Part shown: positions 38,792-47,338 of the stretch, in pieces
Layout: each line of letters begins with the position of its first letter
Position numbering within the stretch: position 1 is the stretch's first letter
Origin: Candidatus Amesbacteria bacterium GW2011_GWB1_47_19
Lineage (GTDB): Bacteria; Patescibacteriota; Microgenomatia; CAZETR01; Amesbacteraceae
NCBI GenBank assembly: GCA_001002325.1
Contig: LCNZ01000007.1
Span: forward strand, 26,763 to 90,762
Length of the DNA stretch: 64,000 nucleotides
Direction of reading: 5' to 3'
Position numbers and translations under genes: made by a program
Notes under the pieces: model-generated
Seen by the model: only the letters and a program-made list of their open reading frames with translations
Databases searched by the model: none
What the model was told of the DNA's origin: nothing

Positions 38792-38867
38792 TGGTGGCTA
38801 CGGCTGGATTCGGACCAGCGATCCCTTGTTTATGATACAAGTGCTTTAACCACTAAGCTACGTAGCC
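38792..38867 (-). tRNA. tRNA-Met (anticodon CAT), elongator-type, CCA encoded
   Basis: Reverse complement gives GGCTACG-TA-GCTT-AGTGGTTA-AAGC...anticodon loop ATCATAA...T-arm GCTGG-TCCGAAT-CCAGC-CGTAGCC-A-CCA. The 1:72 position is a G-C pair. Confidence 0.8.
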
Positions 38868-39541
38868 AAGGTTTTTGCGAGACCATGTATCTCGCCGAGG
38901 ATTTTATAATAGATTCTGGCTGGCCGTTTAACTCTAATTGATAATGTGCCGTAGTGATCGTTAAAATTTTCAAAATCTTTTTTAAGTGGGTATTTTTTGA
39001 AGCTGGTTTTGGTAAAACTTTCGAGAGGAATTCCTGTTTGACTTGACCAATATTTTTTTACTATACCCTCTCGAATTTTATGAGTTTCGTTGATACCCAC
39101 ATAGCAAGATAATTCTTGCTTAGGTATTCGATAGCTCGATTTGAGCCAATTTATGTATGATTTTATCATTAGGGGATCAGAGTTGCATAGTTCTATTCTT
39201 CTTGCCTTTTTCGTTCCCTCGGACCAGTAGAGGCAAATCCCTGCGATTTTCCTTTCTTTGATTGACAGCCGACGAAACTCTTTTTCTCCATCATGGTTAT
39301 GTTTATTAATGAGTTCCAGCCTTCTCCTTTTCAAGATGAGGGAGTTCTTAAGACGGGCTTTATTTGATGCGGATATTTGGTCTGATTTGAGTTTATCTAC
39401 TTGCTCGGGTGAAAGAATAATATGTCTTGTCCATAGACTGGCAGTGCTTTTGGCCACATTAAGTGCTTTAGCAATATTTCTCACACTTGTTCCAGAAGTT
39501 CTTAATTTAATAGCCTCTATTCGTAAGGAACTCTTTGACAT
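38858..39541 (-). CDS. Free-standing HTH + LAGLIDADG-like homing-endonuclease-like protein (paralog A)
   Basis: N-terminal HTH (RTSGTSVRNIAKALNVAKSTASLW). C-terminal 'IAGICLYWSEG...CNSDPLMIKSYINWL...VGINETH...GTLSIRV'. The NSDP...I...L block resembles the '[17 protein letters not shown]' block of the FtsH intein endonuclease. Its 3' end overlaps the tRNA-Met by ~10 nt. Confidence 0.55.
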   Translation of the reverse strand: MSKSSLRIEAIKLRTSGTSVRNIAKALNVAKSTASLWTRHIILSPEQVDKLKSDQISASNKARLKNSLILKRRRLELINKHNHDGEKEFRRLSIKERKIAGICLYWSEGTKKARRIELCNSDPLMIKSYINWLKSSYRIPKQELSCYVGINETHKIREGIVKKYWSSQTGIPLESFTKTSFKKYPLKKDFENFNDHYGTLSIRVKRPARIYYKILGEIHGLAKTLAT

Positions 39542-39680
39542 CTATAGATATCATATTATTCGGTTTTTGTTTGGTTTGTCAAGAGTACTTTATTATTTAT
39601 TATTGAGCTACGCAGCCTCGAGAGCATTTTACCAAAAATCCGCTTTTGACTGGATGAGATCAGGACGGTTCTTCTAATAA

Positions 39681-40355
39681 CTAGTTATATTTTACTGCCA
39701 TAATTAGTCCTTTTATTTTCCTTAAAAGATCAGTACTTTTGAGAATCCTAATTCTCAATGTCCCAAAATAATTTTCCGGATGGTCATATGTTTTTTTCCA
39801 GGAGGTCTTTTGAAAAAAAGGTTTATAAAATTGGGTATTGGGGATACTAGTAATTTCCGACCAATACTTTTCGATTTCTTCAACCCGATGACTATGAGAT
39901 TCATTTATTCCGACCCTTAATCTGATTAAGTCTTTGGAAACAGATAGGGAATTGATTAACCATTCAATAATAAAGTTGATCATTTCCGGATCAGAATTGG
40001 CAAATCCGGCCATTTTGTCCTTCTTGAATCCCTCCGCCCAATATAAAGCAGTCCCTGCCAGAAGTTTTTCTCTGGCGCTCAGGTTAATTAGCATGTTTTT
40101 CGCTTCTGATCTGATTAGTTTTTCTTTGGTAAGTCTATACGCTTGTTGTTTTAGAGCATAAGAGAGTCTTCTTCCATAGTACGGATCCCTAGAGTTTTTC
40201 TCTAACTGAGATATTTGTTCAGGAGTGAGCTTAATATCTCTGCACCATAAACTGGCTGTACTGGTAGAGACAGCAAGATCCCGTGCAATTTCTTTGATAC
40301 TTTTCCCTTCGGATCTGAGATGCCTGGCTTCAGTCTTTTGTCTGGTTTTTGCCAT
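39681..40355 (-). CDS. Free-standing HTH + LAGLIDADG-like homing-endonuclease-like protein (paralog B)
   Basis: N-terminal HTH (RSEGKSIKEIARDLAVSTSTASLW); 'LLAGTALYWAEGFKK...ANSDPEMINFIIEWL...VGINESH...GTLRIRI'. Clear paralog of 38858..39541. Confidence 0.55.
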   Translation of the reverse strand: MAKTRQKTEARHLRSEGKSIKEIARDLAVSTSTASLWCRDIKLTPEQISQLEKNSRDPYYGRRLSYALKQQAYRLTKEKLIRSEAKNMLINLSAREKLLAGTALYWAEGFKKDKMAGFANSDPEMINFIIEWLINSLSVSKDLIRLRVGINESHSHRVEEIEKYWSEITSIPNTQFYKPFFQKTSWKKTYDHPENYFGTLRIRILKSTDLLRKIKGLIMAVKYN

Positions 40356-40396
40356 GGTAGAACTAACATACCTATTATCAGATATCGTTTTATTAT

Positions 40397-40425
40397 TGTC
40401 AAACCAGCTTCTGGATGATATGATT
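40397..40425 (+). promoter_or_regulatory. Candidate promoter (TTGTCA-17-TATGAT) for the intron-containing tRNA
   Basis: Hexamers with 17-nt spacing, ~25 nt upstream of the tRNA 5' end. Confidence 0.3.
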
Positions 40426-40448
40426 TGTGAGTTCTTTTATAAGGCGCG

Positions 40449-40711
40449 TGCGGGGTAGTGTAGAGCTGCACGGAAGGCTAGTAGTATGGGCCCCGCCGGT
40501 AGTAATACCGGTGCGCAAACTTGGCTATATCGGTGGACATCCTGAGCTTGTCGAAGGACAATACCGAGGCAACCTCGAAAGAGAGAGTCCGTAGAGACTA
40601 CACGCCAAGCACCCCGACGTTATGTCGGGGTGATGATATAGTCCGACTCCCCGAGTAATCGGGGTCAGAATGCATAATCTTCCAGACCGGGCGCGACTCC
40701 CGGCCCCGCAA
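40449..40711 (+). tRNA. tRNA-Met(CAU) (initiator-like acceptor stem) interrupted by a group I intron in the anticodon loop; exons 40449..40479 and 40673..40711
   Basis: Exon 1 reads TGCGGGG-TA-GTGT-AGAGCT-GCAC-G-GAAGG-CT and ends at U33. Exon 2 reads CATAA-TCTTC-CAGA-CCGGG-CGCGACT-CCCGG-CCCCGCA-A. The spliced anticodon loop is CUCAUAA. The acceptor GCGGGG/CCCCGC-A-A matches E. coli tRNA-fMet. Followed by a T-run. Confidence 0.65.
40480..40672 (+). ncRNA. Group I self-splicing intron (193 nt, no ORF) in the tRNA-Met anticodon loop
   Basis: P1: exon GGCU pairs with IGS GGCC (40489-92) with U·G at the splice site. P10: IGS UAUG pairs with the 3' exon start CAUA. P7 strands AGACUA (40595-600) and UAGUC (40639-43) flank the P8 hairpin CCCCGAC-GUUAU-GUCGGGG. 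P9 is CCCCGA-GUAA-UCGGGG with a GNRA loop. The terminal G is at 40672. The core resembles the Tetrahymena intron (GAUAUAGUCGGACC) and the Azoarcus tRNA-Ile intron (GUAGAGACUAGACGG). Confidence 0.65.
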
Positions 40712-40783
40712 CACATTTTTTGATCTTCTTGTATTTCGTGGTATAGTCAATTTCCGCTTTCCGGCTGCGATATAATTCCGGTA

Positions 40784-41083
40784 ATGACCACTGAAATCAG
40801 GTTAAGAAAACTGACAGACGGGCTTCCACAGGGAACCCCGATAAATATCAGCCCCGATTTGCATCGGTTGCATAGGGAGTTACATCAGGCTGCAATCTCA
40901 GAGGAGAAAACGCCATACTCTCAGGAGGCTTTGGTTATTTACTTTGGTTTGCTTACCCAGGCTGAGAAGCATTTTTTTGCGGAGTGGAGCGGACAGGTGT
41001 TAAGTATAGTGCTGGATATATATTGTGAACACAATCCGCCGGGGGCGATAAAGCATCCGATGAAAGATCTCAGGTTGGGGTAG
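40784..41083 (+). CDS. Hypothetical protein
   Basis: 99 aa ORF; no recognisable motif. Confidence 0.3.
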   Translation: MTTEIRLRKLTDGLPQGTPINISPDLHRLHRELHQAAISEEKTPYSQEALVIYFGLLTQAEKHFFAEWSGQVLSIVLDIYCEHNPPGAIKHPMKDLRLG

Positions 41084-41116
41084 AATCGAAGACTAAACCT
41101 ATAGTATAATGTAAGG

Positions 41117-41968
41117 ATGAATCATCATGAGGGGAGGAGGGCTTTCTTGGCATTAGTAGTAACTTCACCTTTCTGGTGTACCATGTTTTACCTGGGTATT
41201 CGTGGTGTGTTGACTATGGAACCGAAGGAGGACGTGCCGGGAAGTGAGCGATCAGGGATGCAAGAGCCGCCAAATGTGGGCGAAGAGGCCATACCTGTAC
41301 CTGATTTGAAGATGAATATTCCCGACGGGTATAGGGGTGAGAGTATCGGGCCCGGAGTTGAGATGTATAAAAACGGACAGGAGTGGGTGCAAGTCGTGGA
41401 TTTGGAGAAGGCTAAGTTGGTGGTGGTTGATTCTGAAAAAGGATGGAAAAAGCCTGATTGGTTTTGGAGTAAATTTAAGAAAAAGTATAAAGGCAGAGCG
41501 ACCAGTTTGTTCGGAGCTGTCCATTATGCCGAAGGCAGGTTACAATTCGGGCTTCGGGACGGAGAAGAGATTTGGAATAGAGAAATTGACAGTGGGCTAG
41601 CCGGACAGAGAATGCTGTCTATTGAAGGAAACTATGCGAAAGTGGGGGGATATGACAAGGATAAACTGGACGGGGATGAAGGTGTGGTTATCGGAGGTGA
41701 AGGGATAGAGAAATCGAACAGGGAATGGAATAAGCGGCGGGCCAGGACGATTTTGACTGCGGATGAGACGGGACGGAAGTTATTGGTGATGGTTTTTGCC
41801 GGTGCGACCAGAGAAGACGTAATCAAGGTACTGAAAAAATGGGGAATTGCCGAGGCGAACGCCATAAATATCCAGGGAGGAACATTTACGGAATTGAGAG
41901 TAAGGGGGAACGAGCTGCTAGGGTATGGTGAGGACGTGACTTTAATGCTGGGTATAGTAGAAAGATAG
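41117..41968 (+). CDS. Membrane-anchored phosphodiester-glycosidase-like (DUF2233) protein
   Basis: N-terminal TM helix. C-terminal 'LLVMVFAGATREDV...AEANAINIQGGTFTEL' resembles the phosphodiester glycosidase 'AxNLDGGGS' region. Confidence 0.4.
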   Translation: MNHHEGRRAFLALVVTSPFWCTMFYLGIRGVLTMEPKEDVPGSERSGMQEPPNVGEEAIPVPDLKMNIPDGYRGESIGPGVEMYKNGQEWVQVVDLEKAKLVVVDSEKGWKKPDWFWSKFKKKYKGRATSLFGAVHYAEGRLQFGLRDGEEIWNREIDSGLAGQRMLSIEGNYAKVGGYDKDKLDGDEGVVIGGEGIEKSNREWNKRRARTILTADETGRKLLVMVFAGATREDVIKVLKKWGIAEANAINIQGGTFTELRVRGNELLGYGEDVTLMLGIVER

Positions 41969-41971
41969 ATT

Positions 41972-42637
41972 ATGATAGAAGATTTATTGAGAACAGAATC
42001 ACGACTGGTAGGGGCTAAATATCTGAAGAGTTTGGAAAAAAGGAGAGTCGATAGGACTATGGCGGGATTATTTACCATACCGGCAATTGCGGCTTTGGGT
42101 CTTGCTATTCCGGTATGGTTGGAAGATGGACAAAATCCAATGGTGGATGCAGGGGGAATGCGTGAGGGGCGATGGGCGCCTTTGTGGAAAGTGAGGACAA
42201 TGATACCCGGAGCGCAAGAATTGGAGTCTAAAATTACAGGAGGCCGGCCGTTACTTGAAGTAAAGAGTGACTGTGACCCAAGGGTAACCAAGACAGGAAG
42301 AGTAATAAGGAAAACTACCCTGGATGAATTACCCCAAGTATTTGCAGTGTGGGCAGGGAAATGTCATTTTGTAGGGCCACGAGTTCCGGCGATTACCGAA
42401 TGGGAATGGATAATAAAGCATGGCAATACCGGAGTTTATCGGGAATATTTAGAGAAGGTCAGAGACGGATTGGGATTCGGGGCGGTCGGTATGTACATGG
42501 CAATAAACCGGGGGATGCAGGATTTTGAACAGAGGCTGGAATTGGATGTTCTCTATTGGGAAAAGGCCAGTGCAGCTGCAGATTGGAGAATACTGGGGGC
42601 AGCAATGTTGGGAATAATTAAGTCCAGAGGAAAGTAG
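41972..42637 (+). CDS. Sugar transferase (polyprenyl-phosphate glycosyl-1-phosphate transferase, WbaP/WcaJ C-terminal-domain type)
   Basis: 'LWKVRTM', 'DPRVTKTGRVIRKTTLDELPQVFAVWAGKCHFVGPR' Bac_transf motif, and an N-terminal TM helix. Confidence 0.75.
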   Translation: MIEDLLRTESRLVGAKYLKSLEKRRVDRTMAGLFTIPAIAALGLAIPVWLEDGQNPMVDAGGMREGRWAPLWKVRTMIPGAQELESKITGGRPLLEVKSDCDPRVTKTGRVIRKTTLDELPQVFAVWAGKCHFVGPRVPAITEWEWIIKHGNTGVYREYLEKVRDGLGFGAVGMYMAINRGMQDFEQRLELDVLYWEKASAAADWRILGAAMLGIIKSRGK

Positions 42638-42696
42638 AGATGTTTGGTTTTAAAGTGAGTCTAAGAAAGATAAAGGAATAGAGATATAATCGGGGT

Positions 42697-43680
42697 ATGA
42701 AGAAAAGGATATTGGCGGGGATGAGGGCGGTGGCGCGACCGCACCTAGGGAATTACCTAGGAGCGGGGAAGGGTATGGTGCAGCTACAAGAGCGGGCAGA
42801 ATATGAAACTTTTTATATGGTGGCAGACCTGCATACTCTGACAACACCCTATGACAAAGACTATTTGGCCGGATTGACCAAAGATGTAGTGATGGATTAT
42901 CTGGCGATGGGGCTGGATCCGGAGAAATCGGTATTGTTTGTACAATCACATGTTCCGCAGCACACGGAACTGGCTTATTTGTTGTCCACAGTGACTACGG
43001 TAGCCAAGATGTCGCACCTGCCGACTTATAAGGAAAAAATCAAAGAATATCCGCAGCATTCCACTATGGCTTTATTGAATTATCCGGTACTGATGGCGGC
43101 GGATATTTTGATTTATAAAGCCGAGAAGGTACCGGTGGGAGTAGACCAGGAACCGCATCTGGAAATAGCCCGGGAAATTGCCCGGAGAATGAACGCCGAT
43201 TACGGGACGGATTTTCCGGAACCAAAAATGTTCGGAACCAAAGGGGCTTACGTACCATCTCTTTTAGGTGAGGGGAAAATGAGCAAATCGGTGGGAGGAA
43301 GTTATATTGCTCTGACGGATGATTTGCAGATGATAAGCGCAAAACTGGCAAAAGCACCTACTGATGCAGGAGGCCCGGGGGAGGTACCAATAACCGGACC
43401 AGTAGCAAATCTGTTTAAATTCTTGGAGTTGTTTTTGCCCAATAGACTGGAGTATTACGGTGAAGCCTACCGGCAGGGGAAATTGAGATATGCGGAATTA
43501 AAGGAGGAATTGGCGCGGGCGATTTATGGGGAAATCAGGCCGATACAGGAGCGCAGAGAACAGTTCAAGTCCAAGTCTGAGATGGTCGATGAAATAATCC
43601 ATGAAGGGGCGAGAAAGGCCAAAGAGGCGGCTGGGAAGACATTGCAGGAAGTGAAGGAGAAAATGGGATTATTGGTGTAA
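42697..43680 (+). CDS. trpS: Tryptophanyl-tRNA synthetase
   Basis: HIGH-type motif 'RPHLGNYLG', 'KMSKS' (KMSKSVGG), ~327 aa. Confidence 0.8.
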   Translation: MKKRILAGMRAVARPHLGNYLGAGKGMVQLQERAEYETFYMVADLHTLTTPYDKDYLAGLTKDVVMDYLAMGLDPEKSVLFVQSHVPQHTELAYLLSTVTTVAKMSHLPTYKEKIKEYPQHSTMALLNYPVLMAADILIYKAEKVPVGVDQEPHLEIAREIARRMNADYGTDFPEPKMFGTKGAYVPSLLGEGKMSKSVGGSYIALTDDLQMISAKLAKAPTDAGGPGEVPITGPVANLFKFLELFLPNRLEYYGEAYRQGKLRYAELKEELARAIYGEIRPIQERREQFKSKSEMVDEIIHEGARKAKEAAGKTLQEVKEKMGLLV

Positions 43681-43702
43681 GGAAAATTGTTATAATTTCC
43701 AA

Positions 43703-44026
43703 ATGATTACGATTGATGATTTTGCAAAAATTGAAATCAGTGTGGGGTTGGTGGTGGAGGCGATGAATCAGGAAGGCAGTGAGAAATTAATTAAGTTAAC
43801 AGTGGATGTAGGTGAGGAAGTACCGCGAATTATCTTTACTGCGGTGAGGGGGTATGGGTATACGCCGGAAGATTTTGCCGGGAAAAAATTTCTGTTTGTA
43901 ACAAACCTGGAACCGAAAAAAATTATGGATAAGGAGAGCCAGGGGATGATATTGGCGGTAGATTCCGAGGGGAAACCATTGTTTGTCAGCGCAGACAGAC
44001 TGCCGGTTGGAAGTAAAGTAAGGTAG
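43703..44026 (+). CDS. tRNA-binding protein (Trbp111/CsaA/EMAP-like OB fold)
   Basis: 'FAKIEISVGLVVEAMNQEGSEKLIKLTVDVGEE' and 'KKFLFVTNLEPKKIM' match the MetRS C-terminal tRNA-binding domain. Confidence 0.7.
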   Translation: MITIDDFAKIEISVGLVVEAMNQEGSEKLIKLTVDVGEEVPRIIFTAVRGYGYTPEDFAGKKFLFVTNLEPKKIMDKESQGMILAVDSEGKPLFVSADRLPVGSKVR

Positions 44027-44058
44027 TTAGGGATTAGGTTTTAGGTTCTAGTGATTAG
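44024..44058. repeat. Intergenic TAGGTTCTAGG-type motif (copy 2)
   Basis: tagttagggattaggttttaggttctagtgattag directly after the stop of the tRNA-binding protein gene. Confidence 0.4.
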
Positions 44059-44182
44059 AAATTGGGAGACTTAGCGATTTGCCAGCTCGGCTTTCATATG
44101 ATTTGGTGCTTAAGGTTTTTATAAATCATGAGAAATCCGGAAAGTGGCGGGGAGGGTTAATTTAGAGTAAAATCTGGCGGTT

Positions 44183-47100
44183 ATGGCTACACTTCGCCAA
44201 GGTCCTACGGGTGGTACTAAGAAAAAGCTACCAGTGAGAGGTTTTATGCTGCAGCTGAACCTGGATTTCCAGAAACTGTTGTGGTTGCTGGTGGTGATAT
44301 TGATGGGATTGTCACTTTTGGAGCTGTGGAATAGCGGTAAGCAGACCAGCCAGGAAGTTCAACTGTCGCAAGCGCTGTCTGATATCAAAGACGGCAAGGT
44401 GGAGAAAGTGGAGATTTTCTCGGAACGGCTGTCGCTGAAATATAAAGACAGCAAAGACCAGTTTTTTTCCCGTAAGGAACCGGGGGAAAGTTTTACTGAG
44501 ATTCTGGAGAGGGCAAAGATCCCCGCAGAAGCTGTGCAGTATGAGATAAAAGATGAAACTTTCGGCCAGTTGATAGCGGCGGTATTGCCCAGCGTAATCG
44601 GGACGGGGGTGGTGCTGTTGGTTCTGTTGTATATGTTCCGGCAAGCCAGGGGTGCCCAGGATTCGGTATTTTCTTTCGGCCAGAGCCGGGCAAAATTGTT
44701 TGACAAGGGCAAACAAAGCGTGAAATTTTCGGACGTAGCCGGGGTGGACGAAGCCAAGAAAGAACTGGAAGAAGTGGTGGACTTTTTGAAAAGTCCGGGT
44801 AAATACCGGGCAGTAGGGGCCAGGACTCCCAAAGGGGCGCTTTTGGTGGGACCGTCGGGGGTGGGAAAGTGCGTGACCGGTGATACCATAATATGGACCA
44901 ATAAGGGATTGATGGAGATAAAAGAGGTCCCGCGTTACTATTATGTTGATACAAAATCGCATCGGGTTTACGGGGCAGGACTGGCTGGTTTTGATACGGA
45001 CAAGGTGATATCAAAGGATGAATTCGCTTCCCATTGGTACAATTTGGGTGAACAAGCAACCGTTAAAGTACAGTTGGCGCAGGGGTTTGATATAGAAGGG
45101 ACTCCCGAGCATCCGGTAGTAGTAATGGCCGGAGATGGCAAGTTACGATTTAGAAAATTACAGGATGTGAAACTGGGGGATTATGCTGCCCTGCAGTTTG
45201 GCAGAGGTATGTTTGGGAACTTACAAATGGTGGATGCAGACACGGCTTATCTGATGGGACTATTAACGGGAGATGGAAATATGAGTCATGCTAGTAGGGT
45301 GGGGTTGACTAATATTGATCCGGAAATAATCTCGTTTTTTGAAAATTATATAAAGAAGAGATATCCGGAGAATGCGATTACAGTGAGACAGCAGTCCTAT
45401 CTGGTGTCCAGTTGGCAATTTAAACGATCTCTTTATGAGATGGGGATGTCTTATCTGTTATCTTTTGATAAGAGTGTGCCGGTGACGATATTACAGGCAT
45501 CGAGAGGAATTCAGATAATGTTTTTGAGGGGTCTGTTTGATACTGACGCCAGTGTGGAGAAGAGCAGGGCGACGATAGAGTATACAACCGTTAGCGAAAA
45601 AATGGCTAAACAGATACAAATGATGCTATTGAATATGGGGGTGGTAGCCTATTTGAATGTCAAAGGAAAAACTGAAAATGGTTATTATCGGCCTGTTTAT
45701 CGTTTGAACATAACCGGGTCCCCGTTCGTGGAATTCAGCAGGCAAATTGGGTTCGGTTTGGTTAGAAAACAACGACTTTTGGAAAGGCATGTGGAGAAAA
45801 TGGGACGAGTGAATACTAATATTGATGTAATTCCCGGAGTCGGAGGGATGATAGAAGAAGCGTGGAGGTTGATTTCCGCTCGTAAGATGAGCAATGAAAA
45901 ACTATCAAAGACGGTTGATAAAGTGAGGAATAGGAATAGGGTTTCCAGACAAACACTAGAGGATTTTGTGGAGTATTCCAGCCAGACGGGAATGGAGATG
46001 CCTGACCTGGAGTATTTGGGAAATTTGTTGGAAGCTAAGCTGTTTTTTTCAAAAGTAGTAGAAAAAACGGAAAATAAGGGTGTGGTTTATGATTTTACCG
46101 TGCCTCAAACACATAGTTTTTTGGGAAACGGATTTGTAAATCATAATACACTGTTGGCCAGGGCGGTGGCGGGAGAAGCGGGAGTACCGTTTTTTTCAAT
46201 GGCAGGATCGGAGTTTATGGAAATGCTGGTGGGGGTGGGAAGTGCCCGGGTGAGGGATTTGTTTAACACAGCTAAAAAAGCAGCCCCGTCAATTATTTTT
46301 ATTGATGAAATTGACGCTATCGGAAGGCAGCGGGGACACGGGTTGATGGGTGGGCACGATGAAAGGGAACAAACATTGAATCAGATACTGGTGGAGATGG
46401 ACGGATTTACGCCTAATGATAATGTGGTGGTGCTGGCGGCAACAAACAGAGGGGATCTGCTGGATCCTGCACTTTTACGGCCCGGCAGGTTTGACCGGCG
46501 GGTGGTGGTGGATATGCCTGACATTGAAGGACGGAAAGCAATTCTGGCAATTTATGCCCGAAATAAACCAATAGCCGAAGGAGTGGATTGGAGTGCGGTG
46601 GCGAGAAGGACAGTCGGGTTTTCCGGAGCGGATCTGGAAAATATGCTGAATGAAGCGGCGATTGGTGTAGCCCGGGAAAACCACAAGACCATGACGATGC
46701 AGGATATCGAGGAAGCAGCTACGAAAGTAAAGCTGGGTCCGCAAAAGAAGCGGATGCAATCCGAGGAGGACCGGAAAATGACGGCTTACCATGAGGTGGG
46801 ACATGCGATTGTGACGTGGGCCCAACCGGGGATGGATCCGGTGCACAGGATATCGATTGTGTCGCGGGGAATGACATTGGGACATACGCTGGTGCCACCG
46901 TCGACGGACAGGGTACATGAGACTAAAAACCGGCTGTTGTCACAGGTGGCCATGATGCTGGGGGGAAGAGCTGCGGAAGAGATGGTTTTTTCCGAGGTCA
47001 CTACCGGTGCGGCTAATGATATTGATAAAGCCACCAGAGTAGCCCGGGATATGGTGATGGAGTACGGCATGAGCAGTCTGGGACCCGTCAATTACGGACC

Positions 47101-47329
47101 GCAGCAGGATATGGTGGAATGGGGACGGACTTATATTGAGCAGCCGCCTATTTCGCAGGAAATGCAGGCAAAGATTGATACGGAAGTAAAAAGAATCATG
47201 GACGAAGGATATCTGAAGGCGGTTGCCATATTAAAAAAATACCGGAAAAGGCTGGATGCCGTATCGCTGAGACTTCTGGAAATTGAAACTATGGACGGGG
47301 ATGAGTTTGAGAAGATCATGAAGGCGTAA
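44183..47329 (+). CDS. ftsH: ATP-dependent zinc metalloprotease FtsH, interrupted by an in-frame intein in the Walker A P-loop
   Basis: N-terminal TM helices, AAA motifs (GPSGVGK|...|[15 protein letters not shown], '[13 protein letters not shown]'), and the Zn-protease 'HEVGHAIV'. At 1048 aa it is too long because a 426-aa insert sits between GK and T of GxxGxGKT. Confidence 0.9.
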   Translation: MATLRQGPTGGTKKKLPVRGFMLQLNLDFQKLLWLLVVILMGLSLLELWNSGKQTSQEVQLSQALSDIKDGKVEKVEIFSERLSLKYKDSKDQFFSRKEPGESFTEILERAKIPAEAVQYEIKDETFGQLIAAVLPSVIGTGVVLLVLLYMFRQARGAQDSVFSFGQSRAKLFDKGKQSVKFSDVAGVDEAKKELEEVVDFLKSPGKYRAVGARTPKGALLVGPSGVGKCVTGDTIIWTNKGLMEIKEVPRYYYVDTKSHRVYGAGLAGFDTDKVISKDEFASHWYNLGEQATVKVQLAQGFDIEGTPEHPVVVMAGDGKLRFRKLQDVKLGDYAALQFGRGMFGNLQMVDADTAYLMGLLTGDGNMSHASRVGLTNIDPEIISFFENYIKKRYPENAITVRQQSYLVSSWQFKRSLYEMGMSYLLSFDKSVPVTILQASRGIQIMFLRGLFDTDASVEKSRATIEYTTVSEKMAKQIQMMLLNMGVVAYLNVKGKTENGYYRPVYRLNITGSPFVEFSRQIGFGLVRKQRLLERHVEKMGRVNTNIDVIPGVGGMIEEAWRLISARKMSNEKLSKTVDKVRNRNRVSRQTLEDFVEYSSQTGMEMPDLEYLGNLLEAKLFFSKVVEKTENKGVVYDFTVPQTHSFLGNGFVNHNTLLARAVAGEAGVPFFSMAGSEFMEMLVGVGSARVRDLFNTAKKAAPSIIFIDEIDAIGRQRGHGLMGGHDEREQTLNQILVEMDGFTPNDNVVVLAATNRGDLLDPALLRPGRFDRRVVVDMPDIEGRKAILAIYARNKPIAEGVDWSAVARRTVGFSGADLENMLNEAAIGVARENHKTMTMQDIEEAATKVKLGPQKKRMQSEEDRKMTAYHEVGHAIVTWAQPGMDPVHRISIVSRGMTLGHTLVPPSTDRVHETKNRLLSQVAMMLGGRAAEEMVFSEVTTGAANDIDKATRVARDMVMEYGMSSLGPVNYGPQQDMVEWGRTYIEQPPISQEMQAKIDTEVKRIMDEGYLKAVAILKKYRKRLDAVSLRLLEIETMDGDEFEKIMKA
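44870..46147 (+). mobile_element. Intein (426 aa) with LAGLIDADG homing-endonuclease domain, inserted in the FtsH P-loop
   Basis: Begins with Cys1 (CVTGDTIIW) and contains a TxxH block B (GTPEHPV). The two LAGLIDADG motifs are '[12 protein letters not shown]' and '[12 protein letters not shown]'. The intein ends with ...VYDF...GFVNHN followed by the +1 Thr of the extein (TLLARAV). Confidence 0.85.
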
Positions 47330-47338
47330 AATAAGAGG

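Noticed and set aside
38792-38867. Calling this tRNA(CAT) the initiator or tRNA-Ile2 (lysidine)
   Set aside because: It has a G1-C72 pair and no run of three G-C pairs in the anticodon stem, so elongator Met is more likely. The separate UAU-anticodon tRNA makes a lysidine Ile2 unnecessary. Sequence alone cannot exclude it.
40449-40715. tmRNA (SsrA) interpretation of the ~265-nt RNA with tRNA-like acceptor and T-arm
   Set aside because: I found no plausible tag ORF ending in ...AA-stop. The conserved tmRNA 5' 'GGAUUCGACGGG' and 3' 'GGGGGUUCGAUUCCCCC' elements are absent. The split tRNA-Met exons plus a group I core (P1/P10, P7, P8, P9, terminal G) explain the sequence much better.
40449-40715. 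RNase P RNA or Bacillus-type long SRP RNA
   Set aside because: There is no 'GGAAAGUCCGG' / 'ACAGAANCCGGCUUA' P4 sequence for RNase P. The GGAA tetraloop context does not match SRP helix 8, and the length is too short for RNase P.
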